This document shows, in pieces, positions 18,572 through 28,024 of a stretch of DNA of 64,000 nt; position 1 is the first letter of the stretch; every line of letters begins with the position of its first letter. The stretch spans positions 11,688 to 75,687 of the forward strand of contig JAGYKL010000008.1 of the NCBI GenBank assembly GCA_018401705.1, given 5' to 3'. Position numbers and translations under genes: made by a program. The notes under the pieces are model-generated. The model saw only the letters and a program-made list of their open reading frames with translations, was not told the DNA's origin and searched no databases. Origin of the DNA: Bacteroidia bacterium (GTDB lineage: Bacteria > Bacteroidota > Bacteroidia > M30B66).

Positions 18572-20036
18572 GCTCTTAAATAGAATTGGACCGGCTAATT
18601 ACTGGTTTATTGGAATTATTGCAGTATTTATAAGCTTAAATTCTTTTCTAATTGCGAATGAATTTTACTTACTGCCAATTCTCCCAGTTGCAATTCTTAT
18701 ATTGTTTTCGGCATTAATTTCTATCGATAAATTAGTCTACTTCATACTTTTTTTTACTCCGTTTTCATTAACTGTTGAATTTAGTGAGTTTGCTGCTTTA
18801 ACATTACCAACAGAGCCTTTGCTTTTCGGGGTAATGCTTGTTTTCTTTTTCAAACTAATTTTTGAAGGCGGATTCGATAGAAAAATCACTCGTCATCCGG
18901 TAACTCTTGCTATTTTATTTATGCTAGGCTGGATGGTTTTAACTTCACTTACCAGTACAATGCCTTTGGTTTCATTAAAGTACACAATTGCTAGACTCTG
19001 GTTTATTGTTGCCTTTTATTTTGTTGCATCTCAAATATTTAAAAAGAAAGAGAATATCAGGTTCTGGATTTGGTTATTTACAGTGCCGTTGAGTATCGTT
19101 ATTGTTTATTCAATTGTACAGTTTTTCAACTATAACATTGACGCAAATGCCCTTTATTGGGTAATGCAGCCCTTCTTCAAAGACCACACAATTTATGGAG
19201 CTGTGATAGCGATGATGTTACCTTTGATGTTTGTTTTTGCATTTGACAAATCATATCTGCCAAAGGCTAGATTCACTTCACTTATTTTCTTTGGAATTAT
19301 TTTAATCGGCATTGTGGTTTCATACACAAGAGCGGCATGGCTAAGTGTTGCAGGCGCTTATGGCATTTACCTGATTTATTTTTTGAAAATCCATTGGAAA
19401 CTTGTTGTACTGGGAGCTCTAATTGTTTTATCTGTTTTAGGTTATTATCGGAACGACATCATGCTTAAGGTGGCTCAGAATAAGCAAAGCTCATCAAAAG
19501 ATTTAAAGGAGCACTTGCAATCGGTTTCCAACATTAAAAATGACGCTTCTAATCTTGAAAGAATCAATCGATGGAGCGCTGCCTTGAGGATGTTTCAGGA
19601 TAAACCTATTTTGGGTTTTGGTCCAGGAACCTACAGGTTTAAATACGCACCTTATCAAAGGTCATATGAGTTAACTTATGTGAGCACAAATGCAGGAACT
19701 CTGGGCAATGCTCATAGTGAATTCTTGGGACCTTTGGCAGAATCGGGTTTAATTGGCTCGTTGAACTATCTTTTAATAGTTATATTAACGATAATTACAG
19801 GAAGCCGGGTTTATAAAAAGGCTAAATCTCAAGAAGTTAGATTCCTAGCAATTGGGAGTCTGATTGGTTTGTTTACCTACTTTCTACACAGTTTCCTAAA
19901 TAATTTCCTTGATCAAGATAAAGCATCTGCACCATTTTGGTCGCTAATTGCAATTATAGTTGCTTTAGATATTTATCACTCCTCCTCTGAAGGAGAACCT
20001 AAAAAACTAGAAGAGCTTAGTGAAACCGGCAAGTAA
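18564..20036 (+). CDS. O-antigen ligase/polymerase family protein (Wzy_C)
   Basis: Multi-TM protein with periplasmic loop carrying RINRWSAALRMFQDKPILGFGPG (Wzy/WaaL signature). Confidence 0.75.
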   Translation: MNKLLNRIGPANYWFIGIIAVFISLNSFLIANEFYLLPILPVAILILFSALISIDKLVYFILFFTPFSLTVEFSEFAALTLPTEPLLFGVMLVFFFKLIFEGGFDRKITRHPVTLAILFMLGWMVLTSLTSTMPLVSLKYTIARLWFIVAFYFVASQIFKKKENIRFWIWLFTVPLSIVIVYSIVQFFNYNIDANALYWVMQPFFKDHTIYGAVIAMMLPLMFVFAFDKSYLPKARFTSLIFFGIILIGIVVSYTRAAWLSVAGAYGIYLIYFLKIHWKLVVLGALIVLSVLGYYRNDIMLKVAQNKQSSSKDLKEHLQSVSNIKNDASNLERINRWSAALRMFQDKPILGFGPGTYRFKYAPYQRSYELTYVSTNAGTLGNAHSEFLGPLAESGLIGSLNYLLIVILTIITGSRVYKKAKSQEVRFLAIGSLIGLFTYFLHSFLNNFLDQDKASAPFWSLIAIIVALDIYHSSSEGEPKKLEELSETGK

Positions 20037-21234
20037 GGAGAGCGATATCATCAATATACGGCTGATCTCCTTTAAAATTAATTAAATGCTCCATGAGCTT
20101 TTTATTAAATGCTTCTGACTTCAGGCTCGAATTCTCATCCATAAAATCAATAAGATGTTCTGTTCCAAAATCAGAGCCGCTATCGTTTTCTTGTTCTACA
20201 AGGCCATCTGTATAGCACAAAAGAAGAGATTCTCCGGGAATATGAACTTGGCCTACTTCTAAGCGATACAGCTTCTCAAGCATTCCAAGGCCTGTAGTGC
20301 CCAAACCCAAGCTTTCATTGCCCTGAGAGTGATGCAAAATCGGCGGATTGTGTCCTGCATTTACATAAGTAAGCTCTCGATTTGAAATAGAATACTTAGC
20401 AATAAACATGGTGATAAACTTCTCACCTTTTGCGCTTTCAACAACCCTGTCGTTAAGTTGGGTAACAAAATCAGCTAAACTTGTCATATTGCTTACCATA
20501 GCTCTGAGATAAGCTTGAAAGTTCGCCATAAGAATGGCAGCCGAAATTCCCTTGCCTGAAACATCGGCTACACAAAATAGTATTTCATCATCGTTTAGAT
20601 AGATAAAATCATAATAATCTCCACCTACTTGCCTCATTGGCTTATAAAAAGCAGAGAAATCAAAATATTCGTCGTGTGGCAAAGAAGACGGAATGAGCAT
20701 TGCCTGAACCTCTTTTGCCATCTCAAGCTCTCGCTTGAACATTTCTTGTTGGAGATTATCTTTAAAAAGACGCTTATTTTCAATAGCAACAGCAATTATA
20801 TTGCATATAGTTTGAATGAATTCAAGGTCTTGTTTGTGCTCATCAGATTCATTGTCTTTAATTTCACCTATGAGCAAATAGGCTAAAGCCTGGGTTTTGT
20901 GCTGAACTGGAATAACAACATCAAAATTGCTAATTCTTGAATTTGGATTTCCCCCGAGAAAAGAAATGTCTTTGAACTCCTTCAAGTCGATATCAGGACG
21001 AATATGCTCAACTTCGTGTTTTGCTCCTCTGCAAATGGGCCACCTCCAGATCTCATCAAAACTGCAATAGGCAAATTTTACATAACCCAATTGCTGATTT
21101 AAAATGTAATCACAGATACTAAAAAGATCTTCAGCTGAGAAATTATGATTAATAGCGCGAGTTACTTGCAATAGCGCATAGATCTGCTTTCGATAATGCT
21201 GATCTGATGTACTTTTAAGTTCGTCGCTAATCAT
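20017..21234 (-). CDS. GAF-domain PP2C-type Ser/Thr phosphatase (SpoIIE/RsbU family)
   Basis: N-terminal GAF-like region. C-terminal GGDYYD...VADVSGKGISAAILMANFQ...CYTDGLVEQEN PPM motifs. Confidence 0.8.
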   Translation of the reverse strand: MISDELKSTSDQHYRKQIYALLQVTRAINHNFSAEDLFSICDYILNQQLGYVKFAYCSFDEIWRWPICRGAKHEVEHIRPDIDLKEFKDISFLGGNPNSRISNFDVVIPVQHKTQALAYLLIGEIKDNESDEHKQDLEFIQTICNIIAVAIENKRLFKDNLQQEMFKRELEMAKEVQAMLIPSSLPHDEYFDFSAFYKPMRQVGGDYYDFIYLNDDEILFCVADVSGKGISAAILMANFQAYLRAMVSNMTSLADFVTQLNDRVVESAKGEKFITMFIAKYSISNRELTYVNAGHNPPILHHSQGNESLGLGTTGLGMLEKLYRLEVGQVHIPGESLLLCYTDGLVEQENDSGSDFGTEHLIDFMDENSSLKSEAFNKKLMEHLINFKGDQPYIDDIALLTCRFH

Positions 21235-21245
21235 TCTAAAATCAA

Positions 21246-22190
21246 TTAATCTTTTGAATTCTGGAAAACAGCCTTCAATAAATCAGGGATTCTTTTAACC
21301 AAAGTAAGCTCCTTCATTTTTTCTCTTGCCTCACCTACTGGAGAACCAAAGTAGGTTTTTCCCCCTTCAAGTGATTTTGGAACGCCACTTTGAGCAAGTA
21401 CAATTGCCTTTTTGCCAATAGTTAAATCTTTAGATACGCCAACTTGGCCCCAAAGGATTACTTCATCCTCTATATGAGCTACGCCTGCAACACCTGTTTG
21501 CGCGGCAATAAGTACATGTTCTCCAACTACTGTATCGTGACCTATATGAATCTGATTATCGAATTTGGTTCCTTTGCCAATCACCGTATCTCCTGTTACA
21601 CCGCGATCGATAGTACAACAAGCACCAATCTCAACGTCATCTTGAATAACAACTCTGCCGCAACTGCGCATTTTATCATATCCGGCAGGCCGACGCTTAA
21701 AATAAAATGCATCAGCTCCAATAACTGTTCCTGCGTGAATAACAACACGATCGCCAATAATTGTATGATCGTAAATAGTCACATTGGGATGGACGAGGCA
21801 GTCTTTTCCAATTTTCACATTATTACCAACGAAAGCTCCCGGCTGAATAATTGTGCCATCGCCTATTTCGGCGGATTTACTAAGGAGACCATCCGCCTTC
21901 TCAAAAGGCATAAAATAATCGACAAGTTTGTTGTAATCACGAAAAGGATCCTCACTAACGATAATACCTTTGCCTTGCGGAACATCCACATCTGTGTTAA
22001 TCAGAATGGTACTGGCAGCTGAATTAAGACACTTATCGTAATACTTTGGGTGGTCAACAAATGACAGGTCTCCAGGTTCTACTTTATGTATCTCATTGAT
22101 ACCTGTAATCAAATGTTCGGGATTGCCTTTATATCGACCTCCTATTAGTTCAGTGAGTTTTGCTAGGGTGATTGGTGGACTTATCTTCAT
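21246..22190 (-). CDS. lpxD: UDP-3-O-(3-hydroxyacyl)glucosamine N-acyltransferase
   Basis: N-terminal LpxD domain followed by a left-handed beta-helix hexapeptide region. FVDHPKY motif. Confidence 0.88.
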   Translation of the reverse strand: MKISPPITLAKLTELIGGRYKGNPEHLITGINEIHKVEPGDLSFVDHPKYYDKCLNSAASTILINTDVDVPQGKGIIVSEDPFRDYNKLVDYFMPFEKADGLLSKSAEIGDGTIIQPGAFVGNNVKIGKDCLVHPNVTIYDHTIIGDRVVIHAGTVIGADAFYFKRRPAGYDKMRSCGRVVIQDDVEIGACCTIDRGVTGDTVIGKGTKFDNQIHIGHDTVVGEHVLIAAQTGVAGVAHIEDEVILWGQVGVSKDLTIGKKAIVLAQSGVPKSLEGGKTYFGSPVGEAREKMKELTLVKRIPDLLKAVFQNSKD

Positions 22191-22264
22191 ACAATGAAAA
22201 GAATGCCGAAAGGTAATGTAAATTTGTGCGTACGAAGAAAGAGTAATTTAACGTTGAAGCAAGA

Positions 22265-23149
22265 ATGACAATCAGGGAAGCCATAGAAATATTGGAGCTG
22301 GAAACGCCGGTTAGTCATGAGCAGGTAAAACGGTCTTTCAGACAAAAAGCTAAGAAATACCATCCCGACAGGCATAAAGATGAGATTAGCAGCAAGCTTA
22401 ACGCTGATAGATTTATTCAGGCTAGAGCTGCGAGCGATTTGCTACTGAGTTATTCTGAAGCAATTATTAACTCACCCGGAAGACAGCGTGATCCTGCTCG
22501 GGTGGTTAGGAGAGAACCTCGAAGGCAGCCTCCCCCGCATCCAGTTACTCAGATACGTTTTGTTAAGGAGCTTGATAATATGATCAGGCTTTTTAGAATG
22601 ATTCAGGGTAGCACTAAGAAGTTTAAATCGATTAATCTAAATATTCAGCCTGGAGCCTGGCTGGGAAAGATGTATGAGTTTTTGTTTGAGAAGAAGTTCA
22701 GTGGTGAAGATTTCTTAAAGGGTAATGCATTTGCATTTTACCGGTTTTTCAGGTTGTTCTTCGGCTCTATTTTTCTTATTGCTGGGTTTATTGGAATTAG
22801 CATCATTGGGATGATACTAGCAGCAGGAGTTTTCCCTGCTCTAATTGTATTTCAAGCAGTTTACACTATCTACATTCAAATGATTGATTTTCAAGCCAAA
22901 AAACTCAATCTGCATATAAAAGTCAAGGATAAAGAAAAGTGGGTAAGCATAAGACGAAAGTATCTTCATTTCAGAACAGTTCCTGTTTTCGGGATGTTAA
23001 TTTTGGCGTCGATGTTTATTAGATTGAGTGCACCTTATTCAGGGTATTTCACATTGCTTAGCCTTATGTTTTGCATTCCTTTATTCATCCTAATGCTTAG
23101 TGTAAGCTATGAATGGCTTCACTATTACAAACTTTTGAGAGCTGAGTAA
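22265..23149 (+). CDS. J-domain membrane protein (N-terminal DnaJ domain with HPD, C-terminal 4 TM helices)
   Basis: KKYHPDRHKDE with HPD tripeptide. Basic/Pro-rich linker RREPRRQPPPHP. Hydrophobic C-terminal half. Confidence 0.7.
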   Translation: MTIREAIEILELETPVSHEQVKRSFRQKAKKYHPDRHKDEISSKLNADRFIQARAASDLLLSYSEAIINSPGRQRDPARVVRREPRRQPPPHPVTQIRFVKELDNMIRLFRMIQGSTKKFKSINLNIQPGAWLGKMYEFLFEKKFSGEDFLKGNAFAFYRFFRLFFGSIFLIAGFIGISIIGMILAAGVFPALIVFQAVYTIYIQMIDFQAKKLNLHIKVKDKEKWVSIRRKYLHFRTVPVFGMLILASMFIRLSAPYSGYFTLLSLMFCIPLFILMLSVSYEWLHYYKLLRAE

Positions 23150-23150
23150 C

Positions 23151-25700
23151 TTATTGGTTTTGCAAATCGAACCATTGTCTTCTTCGGTTCACCTTTAAAT
23201 CCTGAAGCATTGATGATTTCACACGAATTGTGAAATTATAACTTTGGCGAAAGCCAAAAGGAATCCAGTTGAAATGCATTTCCCAGCAATGTAAATCTCT
23301 AAAAATGTCTACAGTAGAAAATGCAAATTCTTTGGTTTGAAAATCATAACCTGTGCTTAGGGCAATTTTCCACTTCTCGGTAAGATTGAGGTCTCCGCTA
23401 ACATTAAGGATTTGATTTCTTTGAACATCATTATTGGCAAATCGAGTGCTAAGGACAAAGCTCGCGTTGACTGACCAAGGAATATTAAAATCTACATAAT
23501 CAAATGGATTAGCTGCAAGCTCTCTTCTTTCGGCATCATTTCCGGCGGTGGTGCTTAGTTTCTCACGTTTACCTGAGGCTAGGGTGGTTGTTAAAGCAAG
23601 ATTATTGGCAACGGCTCTCGCGAACTTTCCTGTTTTATCGAAATAGTAAGTATTAATTCTTACTCCAGTTACCGAGTCTGTAGCATAAAAATCATAGCTG
23701 CTACTATAAACTATATCCAGTTTCTTGAAAAGTCTTGTCCTAGCACTTATTGAGAGCGGCTGCCAATTAAGAGAATCGGCAGCGATGTTATAAGATGTAC
23801 CAATGTTAAATGCATCAAGCAAAACCACTTTAGTAAGTCCGGTTCCGGTAGTATCGCGACGCGACTTTAGCTTGGCTTCAAGGTTATTGTTCAGGTTTAT
23901 TCCGAAAGTTCCTTGTCTTCCAACCGCAGGTTGACCATAAATACCTATTTCATACGGAGAATAAAAGCCAGCGGCCCCTTGAGGACCGTAAAATCCATAC
24001 TCTCTTGAGTTAAAATCGGGCTGAAAACGATAACTCAACTGAGGCGTCATAACGTTTCGGATGGTGTTTTTTCCCAATTTAAGGAAGCTGTAAACCCTGG
24101 TGCTTAAGTTAGCATTAACATTCCATTCTCGAGTGGCATCGAAACCTCTTATTGTATCGGTTACTACATCACCAAGTGCACTGTCGAAGAACTTGTCAAT
24201 TGTTGAGAAATACCATCGTTCGGTATAGTTAAATCCAGGTGAAAAAGTGAAATATTTAAGAAACTGAAATGAGGTTTGAATTGGAATTGTGTGCTGAACT
24301 CCGTTGTTGAATTTTGAAGTCCAACCGGGTCTTCCAAACAAAGAATCAGCTTGTGTAATTGTGTTTCTGCTTTGCAAAGTGTAGGTAAGTCCAATTTTCT
24401 CGTACCAACGCTGCGCTCCTACTGGATTTTTCCTTCTAAGGGGATAAATCCTATTCATATTAACCTGAAGTTCAGGAGCAGATAGAGAAATTATTTTGGT
24501 TGCTGTATTTTGACTGTGCCCTGCACTTAGAATTAAGTTAAAAGGAGTGTTTGCAAATGTTTTGGTGTAAGATATACTTGACTGAAAGGTATTTGCAACT
24601 ATATTATTGGTATTGAAAGAGTTAAGTGCATTGAAATTGCTAGAACCCGCTTGCACAGAAGCAGAGAATCGTGAATTGGGTCTTGACTTTGGATCTTGGG
24701 AGTGTCGCCAGGTGATGAAGAAATCTTTATTGACTGAAGAACCAAATAATTCTGGATCTCCTTGAAGAATTTTAGAGAACCTCATATCGAGGTTTCCATT
24801 AAAATGGTAACGATAATTGTATGAAGTACCACCTGAGAGGCCCCATGAGCCGCGAGAATAGATATTTCCTCTGATGGAAGCGTCAACATAATCTGAAATG
24901 CCAAAATAATACCCTCCTTCCTGGAGGAAGAAGCCTAATCCGGGTGATTCACCATAAGTTGGGAAGATGATTCCGGAAGTTCTGGATGTTGAATTAGGGA
25001 ATATGCCAAAAGGTACTGCCAGAGGTGTTGGCACATCTTCAATAACGAGATTAGCCGGACCAGAAACAATTTTATCCTTAGGAATGACTTTAATTTTAGA
25101 TGCATTTATGTAAAAATGCGGATGCTCGGGCAAGTTGCAGGTGGTATATTTTCCGTTTTTAACGAAGAACTCATCATTTTCATTCTTTTTTACCTGATCG
25201 CCATGCAAGAAACCTTCTCCCTGTTTGGTAAAAACACCCGAGATACGTCCCTTTTTTGTTTTGAAATTATACGACATCACCTTCGCATCGAAGGTTTGAC
25301 CACCTTCAGAAAACACAGGAAATCCGATTAAATTTCCAGAAGTATCCGGTTTGGGTTCGGCATGAACTGTATTTGTGGCCCAATCAATTTCTATGTATTC
25401 TGCTTGAAGATGAATTGCATCATATTTTACATCAGCTTCACCAAAGAGATAGATTTTTTTTCCATCCAATGAGAACCTCATTGAATCTCTTGCTTTGTAC
25501 TCAACTTTAGAGTCGAGTGCATCTTTAGATGTAGGCAAGCCAACAACCTTCACGCTATCAGCACCAAGCGAGTCGGTTGCCAAAGACAATGAATCAGTAT
25601 TGAGTTCGTTTTTAATCTGAGCATCCAACTGTCCTAATATGAACAGAAGCAATGTGAATAAAACTGTTGTTAAGTGTCGCGAGGTTACCCGTAATCTCAA
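23151..25700 (-). CDS. lptD: LPS-assembly protein LptD (OstA family). TTG start.
   Basis: Signal peptide. OstA-like N-terminal domain (KIYLFGEADVKYDAIHLQAEYIEIDW). YTTC motif (KYTTCNLPEHPHFYI). Large C-terminal beta-barrel. Confidence 0.7.
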   Translation of the reverse strand: MRLRVTSRHLTTVLFTLLLFILGQLDAQIKNELNTDSLSLATDSLGADSVKVVGLPTSKDALDSKVEYKARDSMRFSLDGKKIYLFGEADVKYDAIHLQAEYIEIDWATNTVHAEPKPDTSGNLIGFPVFSEGGQTFDAKVMSYNFKTKKGRISGVFTKQGEGFLHGDQVKKNENDEFFVKNGKYTTCNLPEHPHFYINASKIKVIPKDKIVSGPANLVIEDVPTPLAVPFGIFPNSTSRTSGIIFPTYGESPGLGFFLQEGGYYFGISDYVDASIRGNIYSRGSWGLSGGTSYNYRYHFNGNLDMRFSKILQGDPELFGSSVNKDFFITWRHSQDPKSRPNSRFSASVQAGSSNFNALNSFNTNNIVANTFQSSISYTKTFANTPFNLILSAGHSQNTATKIISLSAPELQVNMNRIYPLRRKNPVGAQRWYEKIGLTYTLQSRNTITQADSLFGRPGWTSKFNNGVQHTIPIQTSFQFLKYFTFSPGFNYTERWYFSTIDKFFDSALGDVVTDTIRGFDATREWNVNANLSTRVYSFLKLGKNTIRNVMTPQLSYRFQPDFNSREYGFYGPQGAAGFYSPYEIGIYGQPAVGRQGTFGINLNNNLEAKLKSRRDTTGTGLTKVVLLDAFNIGTSYNIAADSLNWQPLSISARTRLFKKLDIVYSSSYDFYATDSVTGVRINTYYFDKTGKFARAVANNLALTTTLASGKREKLSTTAGNDAERRELAANPFDYVDFNIPWSVNASFVLSTRFANNDVQRNQILNVSGDLNLTEKWKIALSTGYDFQTKEFAFSTVDIFRDLHCWEMHFNWIPFGFRQSYNFTIRVKSSMLQDLKVNRRRQWFDLQNQ

Positions 25701-25795
25701 TGATTGTCCCGATTAGATTTGTAAAGTCCGATTTGAAACGTTTGCAAAACTAACTTATTTCCGTGCATGCGCTACGGCATGTGTAACAGAGACCA

Positions 25796-26980
25796 ATGAA
25801 ACCTATATATAAATATCCCCTTTTTGCTTTAGGAACGCTAATAATGGTTCTTATTTCTGCCATTATTTTTCTTCCTCAAGGCTTTGCAAAAAATGTTAAA
25901 CAGAAAGGCGATGGCTTAAAAACTGTTGTGATTGATGCCGGACATGGTGGTCATGATAGTGGTTGTCACGGCTCTTCGGCTTACGAAAAACATGTTGCTT
26001 TAGCTGTTTCTTTGAAGTTAGGGAAAATGATTGAGGAGAAATTTCCTGATGTGAAGGTGATTTACACACGTAAAACGGATGTTTTTGTAGAATTATATCG
26101 CAGAGCACAAATTGCCAATGAGAGTAAAGCCGATTTATTTATCTGTATTCATTGTAATAGTGGTCCAAAGACAGCTTTTGGAACAGAAACATTTGTGATG
26201 GGATTACACAAAAGTGATGATAATCTAAGTGTTGCAAAACGTGAGAATGCTGTAATCTTACAGGAAGATAATTATCAGAAAGAGTACGATGGATTTGATC
26301 CAAACAGCCCAGAAGCGAACATAATTTTCTCATTATATCAGAATGCTTTCCTTGACCAAAGCCTTTACTTTGCTGGCAGAGTTCAAGATGAGTTAACAAC
26401 ATTTGCAAAACGCCATAATAGAGGTGTAAAACAAGCAGGTTTCCTGGTTTTATTTAAAACAACGATGCCAGCAGTTCTTATTGAAACAGGCTTCTTGACT
26501 AACAATGATGAAGAAAAATACCTCAAGTCTGACGAAGGTCAAAAAACTATTGCAGAAGGTATTTTAAAAGCATTTTCGAATTACAAAGATTGGATTGATG
26601 GAAATGCAGCAAAAAGAGAAAAATTATCTCCTGGACCTGTGGTTAAAGAAGCAGAAAAGCCAATTGTGAAGATTGCTGAATCTCAGGAGAAACCTGCAGA
26701 AACTGCTAATAATGTAACAGGTACAGTTTTTAGAGTGCAGATTTTCAGTTCATCAGTGAAGTATGATAGTTCTCATCCTAAATTCAATAAAAGAAACGAT
26801 ATTTGGATGTATTCTGCCGGCGGTTTATGGAAATACACTGCAGGAGCCTTTGATAAACTCGAGGATGCTGTTACTTTGCAGACGGAATTAAAATCACAGG
26901 GATTTAGTGATGCTTTTGTTGTAGCCTTTAAAAATGGTGAAAGAATCAGCATTCAAGAGGCCAGAGCATACAACCCTTAA
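25796..26980 (+). CDS. N-acetylmuramoyl-L-alanine amidase (Amidase_3) with C-terminal SPOR domain
   Basis: VIDAGHGGHDSGCHG catalytic region. C-terminal FRVQIFSS...FDKLEDAVTLQTELKSQGFSDAFVVAF SPOR-like fold. Confidence 0.85.
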   Translation: MKPIYKYPLFALGTLIMVLISAIIFLPQGFAKNVKQKGDGLKTVVIDAGHGGHDSGCHGSSAYEKHVALAVSLKLGKMIEEKFPDVKVIYTRKTDVFVELYRRAQIANESKADLFICIHCNSGPKTAFGTETFVMGLHKSDDNLSVAKRENAVILQEDNYQKEYDGFDPNSPEANIIFSLYQNAFLDQSLYFAGRVQDELTTFAKRHNRGVKQAGFLVLFKTTMPAVLIETGFLTNNDEEKYLKSDEGQKTIAEGILKAFSNYKDWIDGNAAKREKLSPGPVVKEAEKPIVKIAESQEKPAETANNVTGTVFRVQIFSSSVKYDSSHPKFNKRNDIWMYSAGGLWKYTAGAFDKLEDAVTLQTELKSQGFSDAFVVAFKNGERISIQEARAYNP

Positions 26981-26998
26981 ATTTATATTAGCTATCGA

Positions 26999-27964
26999 AT
27001 GACAATCTCCCGGGAAATAAGAGTAGGTTTATTAGTAACAGCTGGAATAGCTATGCTTTACATAGGATTGAATTTCCTAAAGGGCAAAAACATATTCTCT
27101 CGTTCAAGAACATATTTTGCTGTATTTGAAGATGTGGATCAACTCATGGTTTCGGCCACAGTTCAAGTAAACGGATTTAAAGTAGGTATTGTAGATGAGG
27201 TGAGATTCTCCTCAAAAAGCTCTACTAAAGTTCTTGTTAAGTTTCTCATAACTGAGGACAATCTTGTAATTCCTGATGATACTGAAGCTCATATTGTTAG
27301 TGACTTGCTTGGTTCAAGAACGCTTGATTTGCAGTTAGGAACATCTAATCTTCCCGCTGAAAGCGGAGATACTTTAACTTCTGTAATTGACCGAGGAATT
27401 ACCGATGAGATTAAGAGTGCGCTTTTGCCTCTTAAAGTTAAGATAGAAAATCTAGCAGGCTCGGTGGATACGGTTCTTTCGGGGTTAAACAATGTCTTTA
27501 ACAAGAAGACTCAAGATGGCCTGGTTAATAGCTTTGAGAGTGTAAACACATCTATTTTGAGGTTCGAACACACAGTTACTGAATTTGACCTTTTAGTTAC
27601 CAATGAAAGAGATAAACTTTCGAGAATCTTCTCAAACGTTGAGTCAATTACCGAAAACTTAAAGAATAACAACGAGAAGCTTAGTAGTGTTTTTGCCAAT
27701 ATTGATAGAATAACCGACGATGTAGCGAAGAGTAATGTGAAGCAAACCATGGAAGACCTTCAAAAAAGCATGCAAAGTTTGAAGGCTATTGTTGAAAAAA
27801 CTGAACGCGGTGAAGGTTCTTTAGGAAAACTCATTGTTGATGATTCGCTGTACACCAATTTGAATCAAAGCTCAATGAATTTGAGCTTATTGCTTGAAGA
27901 CATGAAGGCGAATCCTAAGAGGTACGTGCACTTCTCGGTTTTTGGCAAGGGAGAAAAGAAATAA
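26999..27964 (+). CDS. MlaD/MCE family protein
   Basis: N-terminal TM anchor then MCE domain (VNGFKVGIVDEV), then coiled-coil C-terminus. Confidence 0.8.
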   Translation: MTISREIRVGLLVTAGIAMLYIGLNFLKGKNIFSRSRTYFAVFEDVDQLMVSATVQVNGFKVGIVDEVRFSSKSSTKVLVKFLITEDNLVIPDDTEAHIVSDLLGSRTLDLQLGTSNLPAESGDTLTSVIDRGITDEIKSALLPLKVKIENLAGSVDTVLSGLNNVFNKKTQDGLVNSFESVNTSILRFEHTVTEFDLLVTNERDKLSRIFSNVESITENLKNNNEKLSSVFANIDRITDDVAKSNVKQTMEDLQKSMQSLKAIVEKTERGEGSLGKLIVDDSLYTNLNQSSMNLSLLLEDMKANPKRYVHFSVFGKGEKK

Positions 27965-28024
27965 TGCTGCATTGAAGAGTTAAAACTCTTTGCCATTATA
28001 TTTGTTGAACATCACATTGAAGAC

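Noticed and set aside
21444-22022. 192-aa ORF antisense to lpxD
   Set aside because: Lies wholly inside lpxD on the opposite strand. Hexapeptide-repeat genes routinely generate long antisense ORFs. Low-complexity translation with no motifs.
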